Virus record (IMG/VR): IMGVR_UViG_3300029288_000072
Span: 32,001 to 96,000 of that record
DNA length: 64,000 nucleotides
Strand: one strand, 5' to 3'
Source: a virus
Taxonomy: Duplodnaviria > Caudoviricetes
This document shows, piece by piece, positions 9,845 to 18,868 of this stretch. The translations under genes and the position numbers were made by a program. Within the stretch, counting starts at the first letter, position 1. Every line of letters starts with the position of its first letter. Below the pieces are notes generated by a model. The model was not told the DNA's origin. It searched no databases and was given only the letters and a program-made list of their open reading frames with translations.

Positions 9845-10648
9845 ATGATTTTTAAAGAAACCGTATATCATTATTTTAAGGTAACTTGCGAAGATATAGC
9901 AGAAACACCAGAATATACTATTTTTATAGTTGATATGGAAAAACTTCAAGATGATATTAATCTTGGTATGATACAAGAAATTTATTTAAAAATGTTGATT
10001 GAAGAAGACATATTAACCATACACAAAACATTTACCGACTCACATTTCAAGTTCTTTAAATTATTTAAGTTTAAAAAGGACATATCATGAAATCATATGA
10101 TACTATATTGGAAAAGATAGAACTTATTAAAAATTATTATAATAAATTTTTAAACATTTCTAAAAATGATATTAAAATAAGTTATGAAATATATTCTGAT
10201 TCTGTAATTGGTGAAAGATTTATATCTTTTTATATATGCTGTTCTAGATTTTTTGAACATTGTTTTAATATAAATTTAAAAACGTTTACAGATGATGAAA
10301 TTAAAAACAATATTTTATATCTTGTAAACAGAGAAAGGGGATATTTTTATGGAGAATAAAGAGTTGTTAGAAATGTTTGTTGAAACATTAGTAGAAGAAT
10401 TGACAGACGAGTATAACAATAGGAATATGGATGAAAATGATGCTGAATATGAGAAAGATCATTTAAACATATTTTTAGATAGAAGAATTAGAGATATTGC
10501 ACGTCAATTAGTTGTTGCAACAAATAATAGTAGTATGCTTGAGAGATTGGATGAATTAGAAACACATACTCATAAACTTTATATTTATGAAGAAGAATGT
10601 TATAATCCGGAAATACATTATACCGAACCCCCTACAAAGATGGATTAA
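9845..10648 (+). other. three small hypothetical CDSs (9845-10090, 10087-10359, 10349-10648)
   Basis: Coupled ORFs. Confidence 0.65.
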
Positions 10649-10651
10649 TAT

Positions 10652-10930
10652 ATGAATAATATTATTTCTGATATTCTTAATGAAGTTGATAATGCAACTA
10701 AAAAATTTAATAATTGGCCGACAGATCCTCTTCATGCTCTTTCTATTATTGGTGAAGAATATGGAGAATTAAATAAAGCTGTTTTACAAAACGTTTACGA
10801 ACCACACAAAACTTCAATAAATGAAATAAAAATTGAAGCCATACAAACAGCAGCAATGATTATTAGATTTTTAGCTAGTTTAGATACATACAAATTTTCT
10901 AAAAGTGAACAGCATATACAGGAAACGTGA
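10652..10930 (+). CDS. MazG-like NTP pyrophosphohydrolase
   Basis: IIGEEYGELNKAVL...EAIQTAAM all-alpha MazG pattern. Confidence 0.7.
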   Translation: MNNIISDILNEVDNATKKFNNWPTDPLHALSIIGEEYGELNKAVLQNVYEPHKTSINEIKIEAIQTAAMIIRFLASLDTYKFSKSEQHIQET

Positions 10931-11417
10931 GATGTCAGAATTAATTACAAAAGAATTTCAAGAACAGATTGATGATATGAAAAGGAAAATCTTTGATATA
11001 TCAAAGGTAAAAGGAAAACCATTTCTTGGTGATACATGGAAAGAGGGAGATATTCCTTTATATGCATTCTTTACGGACGATTGCCAGGATTTAACTATGC
11101 ACATATTTTCTTTGAGAAATATAGAAAATATTATGAAACTATATGCATTATGTGAAAGAGGTAAAATTCCAAAATTTATTCAGATATCAAAAAGTTGTCA
11201 TTCTTGTGGAAAAAATCAAATATATGCAACTATTAATGTTCGACGGGTATCTGAATATAGAATATGTAGTGTTTGTCAAGATTGCTACAATAAACTCAAT
11301 AATGAAATTTTAATAGATCTTACCCTTTGGATTAACCTCAATCCGGTAATTCCGTATTATGCACTTCCGTTATGTACAGCATACTATAATGTTGGAAGTT
11401 TTAAACCCACAATTTGA
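10905..11417 (+). CDS. hypothetical Zn-binding protein
   Basis: CHSCG...CQDC. Confidence 0.55.
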   Translation: MNSIYRKREMSELITKEFQEQIDDMKRKIFDISKVKGKPFLGDTWKEGDIPLYAFFTDDCQDLTMHIFSLRNIENIMKLYALCERGKIPKFIQISKSCHSCGKNQIYATINVRRVSEYRICSVCQDCYNKLNNEILIDLTLWINLNPVIPYYALPLCTAYYNVGSFKPTI

Positions 11418-11787
11418 TAAAATGATTTCTTCTTTTGGTACATTATGTTATAGAAAAGAATCTTTAGTTGTAGAAGTTTCTAAAGATTTGGCAAAATTAT
11501 ATCAATTTTTGTTGTCAAAAGAGATTGAAAAATATAATATACCTCTTTTTGATCCTCATATAACAATTATCAGAAAAGGCGAAATTTTAACGCCTATTGA
11601 TATAGATCAACATGAAATAGAGTTTTTCTATTATCCTTATATCGACTTTCATGATGAATATTATTTTATTCCAATAGACAAAAAGAATTTAGAAACTATA
11701 AGGGTTAATTATGGATTAGATTGGTGCTTTGACAAAGAAAAAGGATTTCATATAACCATAGCGAATATAAAAAATATAAAATGTTGA
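11359..11787 (+). CDS. 2H phosphoesterase family protein
   Basis: Two HxT motifs: PHITI and FHITI. Confidence 0.7.
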   Translation: MHFRYVQHTIMLEVLNPQFDKMISSFGTLCYRKESLVVEVSKDLAKLYQFLLSKEIEKYNIPLFDPHITIIRKGEILTPIDIDQHEIEFFYYPYIDFHDEYYFIPIDKKNLETIRVNYGLDWCFDKEKGFHITIANIKNIKC

Positions 11788-11832
11788 TATAATGTTAATT
11801 AGCCAGTCGTTGGCTAATAAAGGAGTGTTCCT

Positions 11833-12273
11833 ATGGTTATTCAACCTACTGCATTTTATAATGCTTTCGAAGCTTTTGTTAAAGCCATAAAAGAGACAGA
11901 AATTCCTAATAGAGAAGTTCTTTATAATAATCTGTCACGAAAATCATATATAAATGAATATTGTACGTATAAATTTGGTGCAAATAGACAAGCTGGACAT
12001 ACATGTAATTCAATAGCTATATTACCAAAATATTTTGAGAATACTTGTTTTGTTTACTATAATTCTAATATGCAAAAACAGGTAGATATGGAGTATAAAT
12101 GGTTAAAACCATTAACATGTTCTCTGAATGGTGTTAAAAATCACCATTTAAGAGGATTACGTATAAATTGTGTTTGTATTGATCCTGCATCATTGTTTAG
12201 TAAAGATGAAATAGAAATGATTGTAAATGAAACAATGTTCGATTTAAACTATAAATTAATACTTTTAGAATAA
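11833..12273 (+). CDS. degenerate P-loop protein resembling terminase ATPase domain
   Basis: RQAGHT (cf. RQxGKT) and LRG..VCIDPAS (cf. RG..hhhDE); AAGGAG RBS. Confidence 0.45.
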   Translation: MVIQPTAFYNAFEAFVKAIKETEIPNREVLYNNLSRKSYINEYCTYKFGANRQAGHTCNSIAILPKYFENTCFVYYNSNMQKQVDMEYKWLKPLTCSLNGVKNHHLRGLRINCVCIDPASLFSKDEIEMIVNETMFDLNYKLILLE

Positions 12274-12326
12274 AAAAGTAGTTGACAATCAAACTTTTTC
12301 TATTATACTTGTTCTAAAGGAACCAT

Positions 12327-12764
12327 ATGATTGATAATTTTACGGGAAAATATTTTTTCCTATCTAATTTTTACAAACATCCTATAATGTTTGAAGGATT
12401 AAAATATCCTTCATCTGAACATGCATATCAAGCATCAAAAACATTATATCCAGATGTAAAGCAGCAATGTTTATATATGTCATGTGGTGAATGTAAAAAA
12501 TGGGGAAGAAATATAAAAATGAGAGATGATTGGAACAACGTTAAACTTAAAATAATGAGAACTATTTTGAATATAAAATTTTCCGATCTAAAACTAAAGT
12601 CATTATTATTAGAGACTAGTTCGGAAGAATTAATAGAAGGAAATACTTGGAATGATACTTATTGGGGTGTTTGCAACTCTAAAGGTAGCAACCATTTAGG
12701 AAAATTATTAATGGAAATTCGTCAATCGTTCCAAAATGAAGATATATTAAAGGAATTAATATGA
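12327..12764 (+). CDS. NADAR (YbiA-like) family protein
   Basis: FLSNFY..SSEHAYQASK..W...LIEGNTWNDTYWG..NHLGKLLMEIR. Confidence 0.92.
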   Translation: MIDNFTGKYFFLSNFYKHPIMFEGLKYPSSEHAYQASKTLYPDVKQQCLYMSCGECKKWGRNIKMRDDWNNVKLKIMRTILNIKFSDLKLKSLLLETSSEELIEGNTWNDTYWGVCNSKGSNHLGKLLMEIRQSFQNEDILKELI

Positions 12765-13162
12765 CCAAAGAAAAACTTATATCTTTTTTAGACTTATTTA
12801 AAAAGGATATAGTACATTTTGCAGTATTAGTAGAAGAATATCCAAAGTTTATGGAAAGTGATTATCAAAATGCATATGATTATTTTAAATCAAAAGGAAT
12901 GATCATAGAAGTACAACAGCCATTAACTGATGTACAAATTTGTAAATTGTTAATTAAAAGTATTTTAGCACCAAAGGATTCTTCTCTTAAAAACGAAATG
13001 TTGTCGGTAAATGAAGAAGAAAAAGATATAGATTATTTGAAAAAATATCATATTAGAAATGTTTTATATAATAGTAGTGTTTTGAATGGTGAACAGATGT
13101 CAACCGATCCTAGACGAGTTAAAAATATATTAGACGAACTATTATCCGATTATAACAATTAA
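12761..13162 (+). CDS. hypothetical protein
   Basis: Coupled ORF. Confidence 0.65.
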   Translation: MTKEKLISFLDLFKKDIVHFAVLVEEYPKFMESDYQNAYDYFKSKGMIIEVQQPLTDVQICKLLIKSILAPKDSSLKNEMLSVNEEEKDIDYLKKYHIRNVLYNSSVLNGEQMSTDPRRVKNILDELLSDYNN

Positions 13163-13310
13163 AGGAGTTTAAAATGAGACTTTTTCTTTTAAGAATGCTT
13201 ATTGGTATATGGTTTATACCATTAATGACCATATTAGGATTTCCTATGGCATATTTAATATATGGATACGATGAAGCAAAAAATGCTGTTAAAGGAATTG
13301 CTCATGATTT

Positions 13311-13586
13311 TTGGTTTGGAATGGATTAATGATTTTTAAACACACCCACGAACATTTAAAAAATGAAGATTATTGTTGGGCAATAGTTACTGGAAGTCAA
13401 TTTCCAGAGGCAGAACTCGTTAAAATAAGATATGATTCTTGTGATGAAAAATGGTATGTAGATAACGACGAGATTCCTATTAATCTTTATGTGTTTGGTG
13501 ATAAAATAGAACAACCATCTATATACGAAATAGATGGTGAAGAATGGAAGGTTAATAGACGACCATTCACACCAACAAAACTATAG
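13311..13586 (+). CDS. hypothetical protein
   Basis: ORF track. Confidence 0.55.
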   Translation: MVWNGLMIFKHTHEHLKNEDYCWAIVTGSQFPEAELVKIRYDSCDEKWYVDNDEIPINLYVFGDKIEQPSIYEIDGEEWKVNRRPFTPTKL

Positions 13587-13599
13587 CCATTTAACTGAA

Positions 13600-13785
13600 A
13601 TGACATATCATTTAACACCAAATACCAGTTTTTCTTTTAAACCAAATGAGTTTAAAATAATTAAACTTAAAAATAATTATAAAATAACAATACACAAAGA
13701 CGGATTAAACCGCATTTGTTATATTGATTTTAAAGATTCGTTTTCTTTGATATGGAAAGCATTCACCGAATACGAATCATTTTAA
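13600..13785 (+). CDS. microprotein (61 aa), DIFSxLW family
   Basis: Ends DSFSLIWKAFTEYESF. Confidence 0.55.
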   Translation: MTYHLTPNTSFSFKPNEFKIIKLKNNYKITIHKDGLNRICYIDFKDSFSLIWKAFTEYESF

Positions 13786-14735
13786 TGGAAACATTTCCAT
13801 TTATTATTATAATCAATACAAACGTCTAAGCAGTTCTTTTTGCATATAGGATCTTTAGAAGTATCTGTAGTTTCAAACCATTGTTTTCTTTCATTTCTCA
13901 TTTCAGGACCAACATTACCTATATATTTTCCACCTTCACGCATGTAGATAATACATGGATAATGCTTTCCATCCATAACTGCCATATCATCTAATACTAA
14001 TGGGCATTTATGGTAGTCAGATGCTTGAATTCCTCTAACATATCTATTATTTTTTAGATTATCTAATCTATATTTTAAGATCTTACACTTATTTAAAACA
14101 TTCTCATTAATATTTGCATTTAATTTTAGATAATCTATTTGAGCGGCAGATATTATTCTAATATCAGAAACACCCATATCATATGCAAAATTAATTATTC
14201 CTGACAATTCATTTACATTATCATTTGTTAAAACAACACCAACGGTTGTATAAGTTAATTTAGAAACATATTTAATATTGTTAATGACAGTAATCCATTT
14301 ATCTTTTACTCCTGCCATCATATCACCCATTGTTGCACAACACGCATCTAATGAAATAGAAAAGTCATTTACACCAGCATTAATTAACTTTTGATAAAAT
14401 TCTGTTTGTGCGCTACCATTAGTAGATATCGCTATTCTTTCTACATTTAATGATTTTGTATATTTTATTAATTCTTCTAAACCATTCCATATAGTAGGTT
14501 CTCCACCAGAGAATCTAACATTTTTTAACCCACATTTAGACCATTCTAAAACTACATTCTTAGCTTCATCTAATGTAGTTTCTTTTTCTGGCCCCACTCC
14601 TCTACAATAAGGACATTTGAAATTACATCTTTTTGTTAACAACAGTTCACATCTATGTAACGGAGTTGTAGAAGATGCTACTTTTGCTCTTTCGTCTGAA
14701 AGAGTATAAAACCCAATTTCTTTTATATTATTCAT
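13782..14735 (-). CDS. radical SAM protein
   Basis: CNFKCPYC, FSGGEPT, ISTNGS; C-terminal Cys cluster; own promoter at 14742-14769. Confidence 0.9.
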   Translation of the reverse strand: MNNIKEIGFYTLSDERAKVASSTTPLHRCELLLTKRCNFKCPYCRGVGPEKETTLDEAKNVVLEWSKCGLKNVRFSGGEPTIWNGLEELIKYTKSLNVERIAISTNGSAQTEFYQKLINAGVNDFSISLDACCATMGDMMAGVKDKWITVINNIKYVSKLTYTTVGVVLTNDNVNELSGIINFAYDMGVSDIRIISAAQIDYLKLNANINENVLNKCKILKYRLDNLKNNRYVRGIQASDYHKCPLVLDDMAVMDGKHYPCIIYMREGGKYIGNVGPEMRNERKQWFETTDTSKDPICKKNCLDVCIDYNNKWKCFH

Positions 14736-14741
14736 TTATAT

Positions 14742-14808
14742 AGTATATTGTAAGATTTTAAAAAGTCAAATATATTTTAATTGACTTTTTGTTGCCTATA
14801 GTTATACT
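14742..14808. promoter_or_regulatory. back-to-back divergent promoters (both TTGACT-N16-TATACT)
   Basis: Minus strand 14769-14742; plus strand 14781-14808. Confidence 0.65.
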
Positions 14809-14854
14809 TATATTGATCAATCACATATCATCAAAAGTCTTCATGCTAAATAAT

Positions 14855-15007
14855 ATGAAAAATAAATTTAAAATAGAAAAGATAAAATTTTATGATTATA
14901 TCTTGGTTAGGGTAAAATATAATAAAACAGTAAGAATATTTGAGAAAAAAGAGAAAAATTTGTTAATATATATGTGGATGGTTTTTTCTTTGGAACATAA
15001 AAAATGA
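14855..15007 (+). CDS. microprotein (50 aa), DIFSxLW family (divergent)
   Basis: YDYILVRVK...NLLIYMWMVF. Confidence 0.55.
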   Translation: MKNKFKIEKIKFYDYILVRVKYNKTVRIFEKKEKNLLIYMWMVFSLEHKK

Positions 15008-15159
15008 AATTAACATTTGAAAATCTTGGAAAGAAATATCTTGGTGATGTTATTCTTGTTGACATCAAAGATGAACAATATATAATATACTGCGCATCAA
15101 CCGATGTTTTTGCCCAACTATGGACACTCTATACAAATAATTTAAGGAAAATAGTATGA
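15004..15159 (+). CDS. microprotein (51 aa), DIFSxLW family
   Basis: ATGA-coupled at both ends; GDVILVDIKD...DVFAQLWTLY. Confidence 0.7.
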   Translation: MKLTFENLGKKYLGDVILVDIKDEQYIIYCASTDVFAQLWTLYTNNLRKIV

Positions 15160-15434
15160 TTTCGGAGTTATTATTTAAAATTATTAGAGATACAAGATTA
15201 AAACTTATTACTCGCGGAGACGATCAATCTGTTATAAGAATTGAATTATCATCTGATGATCATGATGAATTAGAAAAAGAATATAATTACCCTTTATTTG
15301 GAACATCATTTCACTTTTATCAAACTTCTGTCACACAATCACACGATAATAAATCATATATTGTATTAAAATATAATGATTTGGAATATTCTAGAAAAGA
15401 AATTATTAATGGCAATTTGGTTTCAAACATATAA
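15156..15434 (+). CDS. hypothetical protein
   Basis: Coupled ORF. Confidence 0.6.
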   Translation: MISELLFKIIRDTRLKLITRGDDQSVIRIELSSDDHDELEKEYNYPLFGTSFHFYQTSVTQSHDNKSYIVLKYNDLEYSRKEIINGNLVSNI

Positions 15435-16134
15435 TAATCAATTTGAAGATGATTATGTTTTTGCTGCATATTTGGGATTTAAACTCATCTCAAATAATAT
15501 CAGATTTTTTGAAAATACTTCAGAAATATTATATAATAAAAACGATGTTGTAGTAGGAACAATAGAAAGTTCCCGATATATATTTAATAAATTGGGGATA
15601 TCTGTTCCTAATCTATACATTCCAGACGAATTATCAGAATTCACTGGAAGAAAAATAGAAAAATCTACTATTAAAGATGCATTAAATCGGTTTAAAAATA
15701 AAGAAAAAATATTCATTAAACCTGTTGTTGCTAAAAGATTTCCAGCACAGGTTGTTGATGGTTTGCCATTAATGACTTATGTTAATCAAAATTTTGACGA
15801 TACTATGGAATGTTGGATTTCAGAAGTAGTTAATTTTGTTAGCGAATATAGAATATTCTTAAATAATAATGAAATAATTGGATGTAAACATTATCTTGGC
15901 GATTATAAAATATTTTTAGACTGGAATATAATCGAAACTGCTGTAAAGAGTTTAAAATGTCAGCCAGCAGGATGGTGTTTAGATTTTGGTGTAACAGATG
16001 ATAATAAGACATTACTAATAGAAGCAAATGATGGGTATTCATTAGGAAATTATGGATTGGATACATCAGCCTATTGTAAATTGTTAAAGGATAGATGGAT
16101 TGAGTTGACAAGCGGAAAATGTGGTATTTTATGA
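15409..16134 (+). CDS. ATP-grasp domain protein (DUF4343/R2K-like)
   Basis: FIKP..K.F, SEYRIF, LDFGV...LIEANDGYSLGNYG. Confidence 0.85.
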   Translation: MAIWFQTYNNQFEDDYVFAAYLGFKLISNNIRFFENTSEILYNKNDVVVGTIESSRYIFNKLGISVPNLYIPDELSEFTGRKIEKSTIKDALNRFKNKEKIFIKPVVAKRFPAQVVDGLPLMTYVNQNFDDTMECWISEVVNFVSEYRIFLNNNEIIGCKHYLGDYKIFLDWNIIETAVKSLKCQPAGWCLDFGVTDDNKTLLIEANDGYSLGNYGLDTSAYCKLLKDRWIELTSGKCGIL

Positions 16135-16364
16135 GTAAAAAATATATTCTTTTAAACGATTTACAAACATATTGGATGAGATTTTGTATTCTGCGATTGT
16201 TTGAGAAAAAAGAAATAGATAAAGAAGAAGCATCTAATATGGAATCTGGATTATTAATTTATAATTTGACCGATAGTGCTAAATTTTATACAGAGTTAGC
16301 TGAAATAGAAATTGGTCATAAATTTTTAGATTTAGCTATTAGTTATATAGAAAAAAATTATTAA
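16119..16364 (+). CDS. hypothetical protein
   Basis: ORF track. Confidence 0.55.
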   Translation: MWYFMSKKYILLNDLQTYWMRFCILRLFEKKEIDKEEASNMESGLLIYNLTDSAKFYTELAEIEIGHKFLDLAISYIEKNY

Positions 16365-16693
16365 AATATAGATGAATAGAACTAAAATAATATAGATTGA
16401 CTATTAAAATTTTTATATTATAATATATAACTATAAGGAATAATAATGGAGTCTAAAGATTTTACAGAAGAAATAAAAACCTTTTTAGAACAATATAAAC
16501 AAAAAAATATGTTTATACAGGTATCTATGTTAAATACAGAAGTATTTCTTATTAAAGATATAAAGGATGATATTGATGAATATAAAAAATAAAATTTTAA
16601 AAATTTTTAATGAAAGAGAAAATGATGAAAAGCAAATATTAGATGCAGAAAACATTTATTATAAAATATTAAATAAATTCGAAAATAAATATA

Positions 16694-16966
16694 ATGATCA
16701 TTAAACATGGTTATTTAGAAAAAATGCGTCTTCACTATTCTTCACCAAGTGAAGGTGTTTTTCAATTTTATTGGGAAATTTTTATTGAGTCTTTGACGGC
16801 AGACAATGAATGCATATGTTGTGAAATGCCAGGAAAAATAAGAAGACAAAACACAGGTTATAATAAAGATGAAAAAAATTTTGAATGCTTGTGTGAAAGA
16901 TGTCAAATAGAACGAGATTCATATTGGGCAGAAAGGTGGAACGAATATAATGGCTCAAGAATGTAA
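16694..16966 (+). CDS. small Zn-binding hypothetical protein
   Basis: CICC...CLCERC. Confidence 0.6.
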   Translation: MIIKHGYLEKMRLHYSSPSEGVFQFYWEIFIESLTADNECICCEMPGKIRRQNTGYNKDEKNFECLCERCQIERDSYWAERWNEYNGSRM

Positions 16967-17579
16967 AAATATACGAAAGGAATTTTCTTTTTTAGACGAT
17001 GATATATTGTCTGCATGGGAATTGTTTTCTGCAGAAGATTTATCTGAATATAACAAAAAAGCCTCTGTTTTCTTTCCTATAACTACAATTTTACCTTTTA
17101 ATATGTTACGATATACAACATCTGGGCAAAGTCCTGGATTGGATGTGATACGAAATGAAAAATTGTTTTATTGTAAATATACTCTTACATATTCGTTGAA
17201 AGAATGTTGTAAATACATATTGAATAATAATAAAATAAATAAAACTCAAATATCTGGCACTCCACATATACATATACTGAAAGCATCAAATAATATAGCA
17301 ATGAAAACTCGTAGGGGAGTAGGAAATTTTATAATTGGAAATAAAAAATTATTAGAAAAATTTTTTGGTGTTGATATTCCACATTCTCCATTTCCAATCG
17401 GAAGATATAATATTATGACGACGAATTATATTGATAATAATATTATTATTGGATATACTGGAGGAAATAAAGATAGTTATATGGATTCTGGCCTTTGTAT
17501 ATTAAATGATAATAGATTTTATTGCCCTTGTGTTGGAAATAGCGGCGAAGAAAATTATTACGAGGTTTTATATGTTTAA
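16950..17579 (+). CDS. truncated T4 gp23 major-capsid-like paralog
   Basis: ASNNIAMKTRRGVGNFII...GRY...IIIGYTG...MDSG matches gp23 C-terminal motifs. Confidence 0.65.
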   Translation: MAQECKNIRKEFSFLDDDILSAWELFSAEDLSEYNKKASVFFPITTILPFNMLRYTTSGQSPGLDVIRNEKLFYCKYTLTYSLKECCKYILNNNKINKTQISGTPHIHILKASNNIAMKTRRGVGNFIIGNKKLLEKFFGVDIPHSPFPIGRYNIMTTNYIDNNIIIGYTGGNKDSYMDSGLCILNDNRFYCPCVGNSGEENYYEVLYV

Positions 17580-17682
17580 CGTAAAAATAGTAGAAACTGA
17601 TTTGGTTATTATATTCTCAAAAGATATATTTGCCCAAAAATGGATAGAATTTTGTCGAGAGAATTTCTATCAAAAATTGTAA
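17572..17682 (+). CDS. microprotein (36 aa), DIFSxLW family
   Basis: Manually translated; DIFAQKWIEF. Confidence 0.55.
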   Translation: MFNVKIVETDLVIIFSKDIFAQKWIEFCRENFYQKL

Positions 17683-17722
17683 AATATATTGACATTAAAT
17701 TTTCTTGAAGTATAATAAAAAC

Positions 17723-17863
17723 ATGCCAGTTAATATGTACATTATTGAGAGAAAAGATGTAATCTTGGTTAAAACCAAAGATACATATTGTATAATTATA
17801 AAATCCGACAAAAATGTTTTTTCCCATATGTGGGCATTTTTTTCCAAAATATATAAAAGATAA
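17723..17863 (+). CDS. microprotein (46 aa), DIFSxLW family, probably leaderless
   Basis: Promoter TTGACA-N16-TATAAT at 17689-17716; KDVILVKTKD...NVFSHMWAFF. Confidence 0.7.
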   Translation: MPVNMYIIERKDVILVKTKDTYCIIIKSDKNVFSHMWAFFSKIYKR

Positions 17864-17865
17864 TA

Positions 17866-18003
17866 ATGATTAAATTAACAAAAAAAGAAGAAAAGAAAAA
17901 GAATAAAAGAATATCATTATTCATTAATATGTTTGGAAAAATGTATAATAATGGTATTGCTAAAAATGTTTTTGTAGATTTATGGAAAATATGGACTTCT
18001 TGA
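17866..18003 (+). CDS. microprotein (45 aa), DIFSxLW family
   Basis: NVFVDLWKIW. Confidence 0.55.
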   Translation: MIKLTKKEEKKKNKRISLFINMFGKMYNNGIAKNVFVDLWKIWTS

Positions 18004-18004
18004 T

Positions 18005-18460
18005 ATGTATTCTTTAATGGAAAAAATAAAAATACAATATATCTATTTTAATAAACAATATAGATATATAATAGAAATTAATAATAATGATTATAATTTA
18101 TTAAAAATAATTGAGGAATTTAATAAAATTTACAATATTGGAACAATTGAAAGAACATATGAGTCGTTAAATTACAAATTTGTATTTAAAGATACGATTA
18201 ATATATTATCAAATACATTTATTTTGTTTAACTATATACATTCTTTAACATCAATATATCATACTGTCTATACATATGTAAAAACAAATCTTCATAAACC
18301 ATTTAACAATATTAAATGGAAGATTACTAATACTAAAGTAGATTTACATAAAGATAAATTAGGTATTAAATATACTTTAAAAGGATATAAAGATAAAATT
18401 AAACAAACTATTAAAGTTTTTGAAGATTCAAATGGTAATATGGAAGTAATATGGAATTAA
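18005..18460 (+). CDS. hypothetical protein
   Basis: ORF track. Confidence 0.6.
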   Translation: MYSLMEKIKIQYIYFNKQYRYIIEINNNDYNLLKIIEEFNKIYNIGTIERTYESLNYKFVFKDTINILSNTFILFNYIHSLTSIYHTVYTYVKTNLHKPFNNIKWKITNTKVDLHKDKLGIKYTLKGYKDKIKQTIKVFEDSNGNMEVIWN

Positions 18461-18690
18461 TTTTAGGATATATATTTGCATTAATAGGAAATCTTTTAGT
18501 AGCACTAAATTCTACTAAAAATAGATTTATTGGATATTCTTTTTGTATGATTTCTTGCATTTGTTTTTTATATCATGGTTTGGTTGTACAATATAGTGAT
18601 ATCATCTGGATTTTTCTATTATACATAGGCATAAATACAATAGGATTATTTAAAAACAAGGATATATTTTGCAAACCTACCATTCAATAA
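18451..18690 (+). CDS. small 3-TM membrane protein
   Basis: Three hydrophobic segments. Confidence 0.65.
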   Translation: MELILGYIFALIGNLLVALNSTKNRFIGYSFCMISCICFLYHGLVVQYSDIIWIFLLYIGINTIGLFKNKDIFCKPTIQ

Positions 18691-18833
18691 AATATTTGTT
18701 ATGTCGCAATATAAATGATCATAAACAATTTATTTTATATATATTTAATAATGAAACTGATAAAACTTTATTATTTATTACAAATCCTTTTTCTGCTGCA
18801 TGGATACATTTTTGTTTAAATGCAGGGAAATAA
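18669..18833 (+). CDS. microprotein (54 aa, TTG start), DIFSxLW family
   Basis: AAGGA upstream of TTG; NPFSAAWIHF. Confidence 0.5.
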   Translation: MQTYHSIKYLLCRNINDHKQFILYIFNNETDKTLLFITNPFSAAWIHFCLNAGK

Positions 18834-18868
18834 AAATTTATATTGACAAAATTAGGTTTTGAGATATA

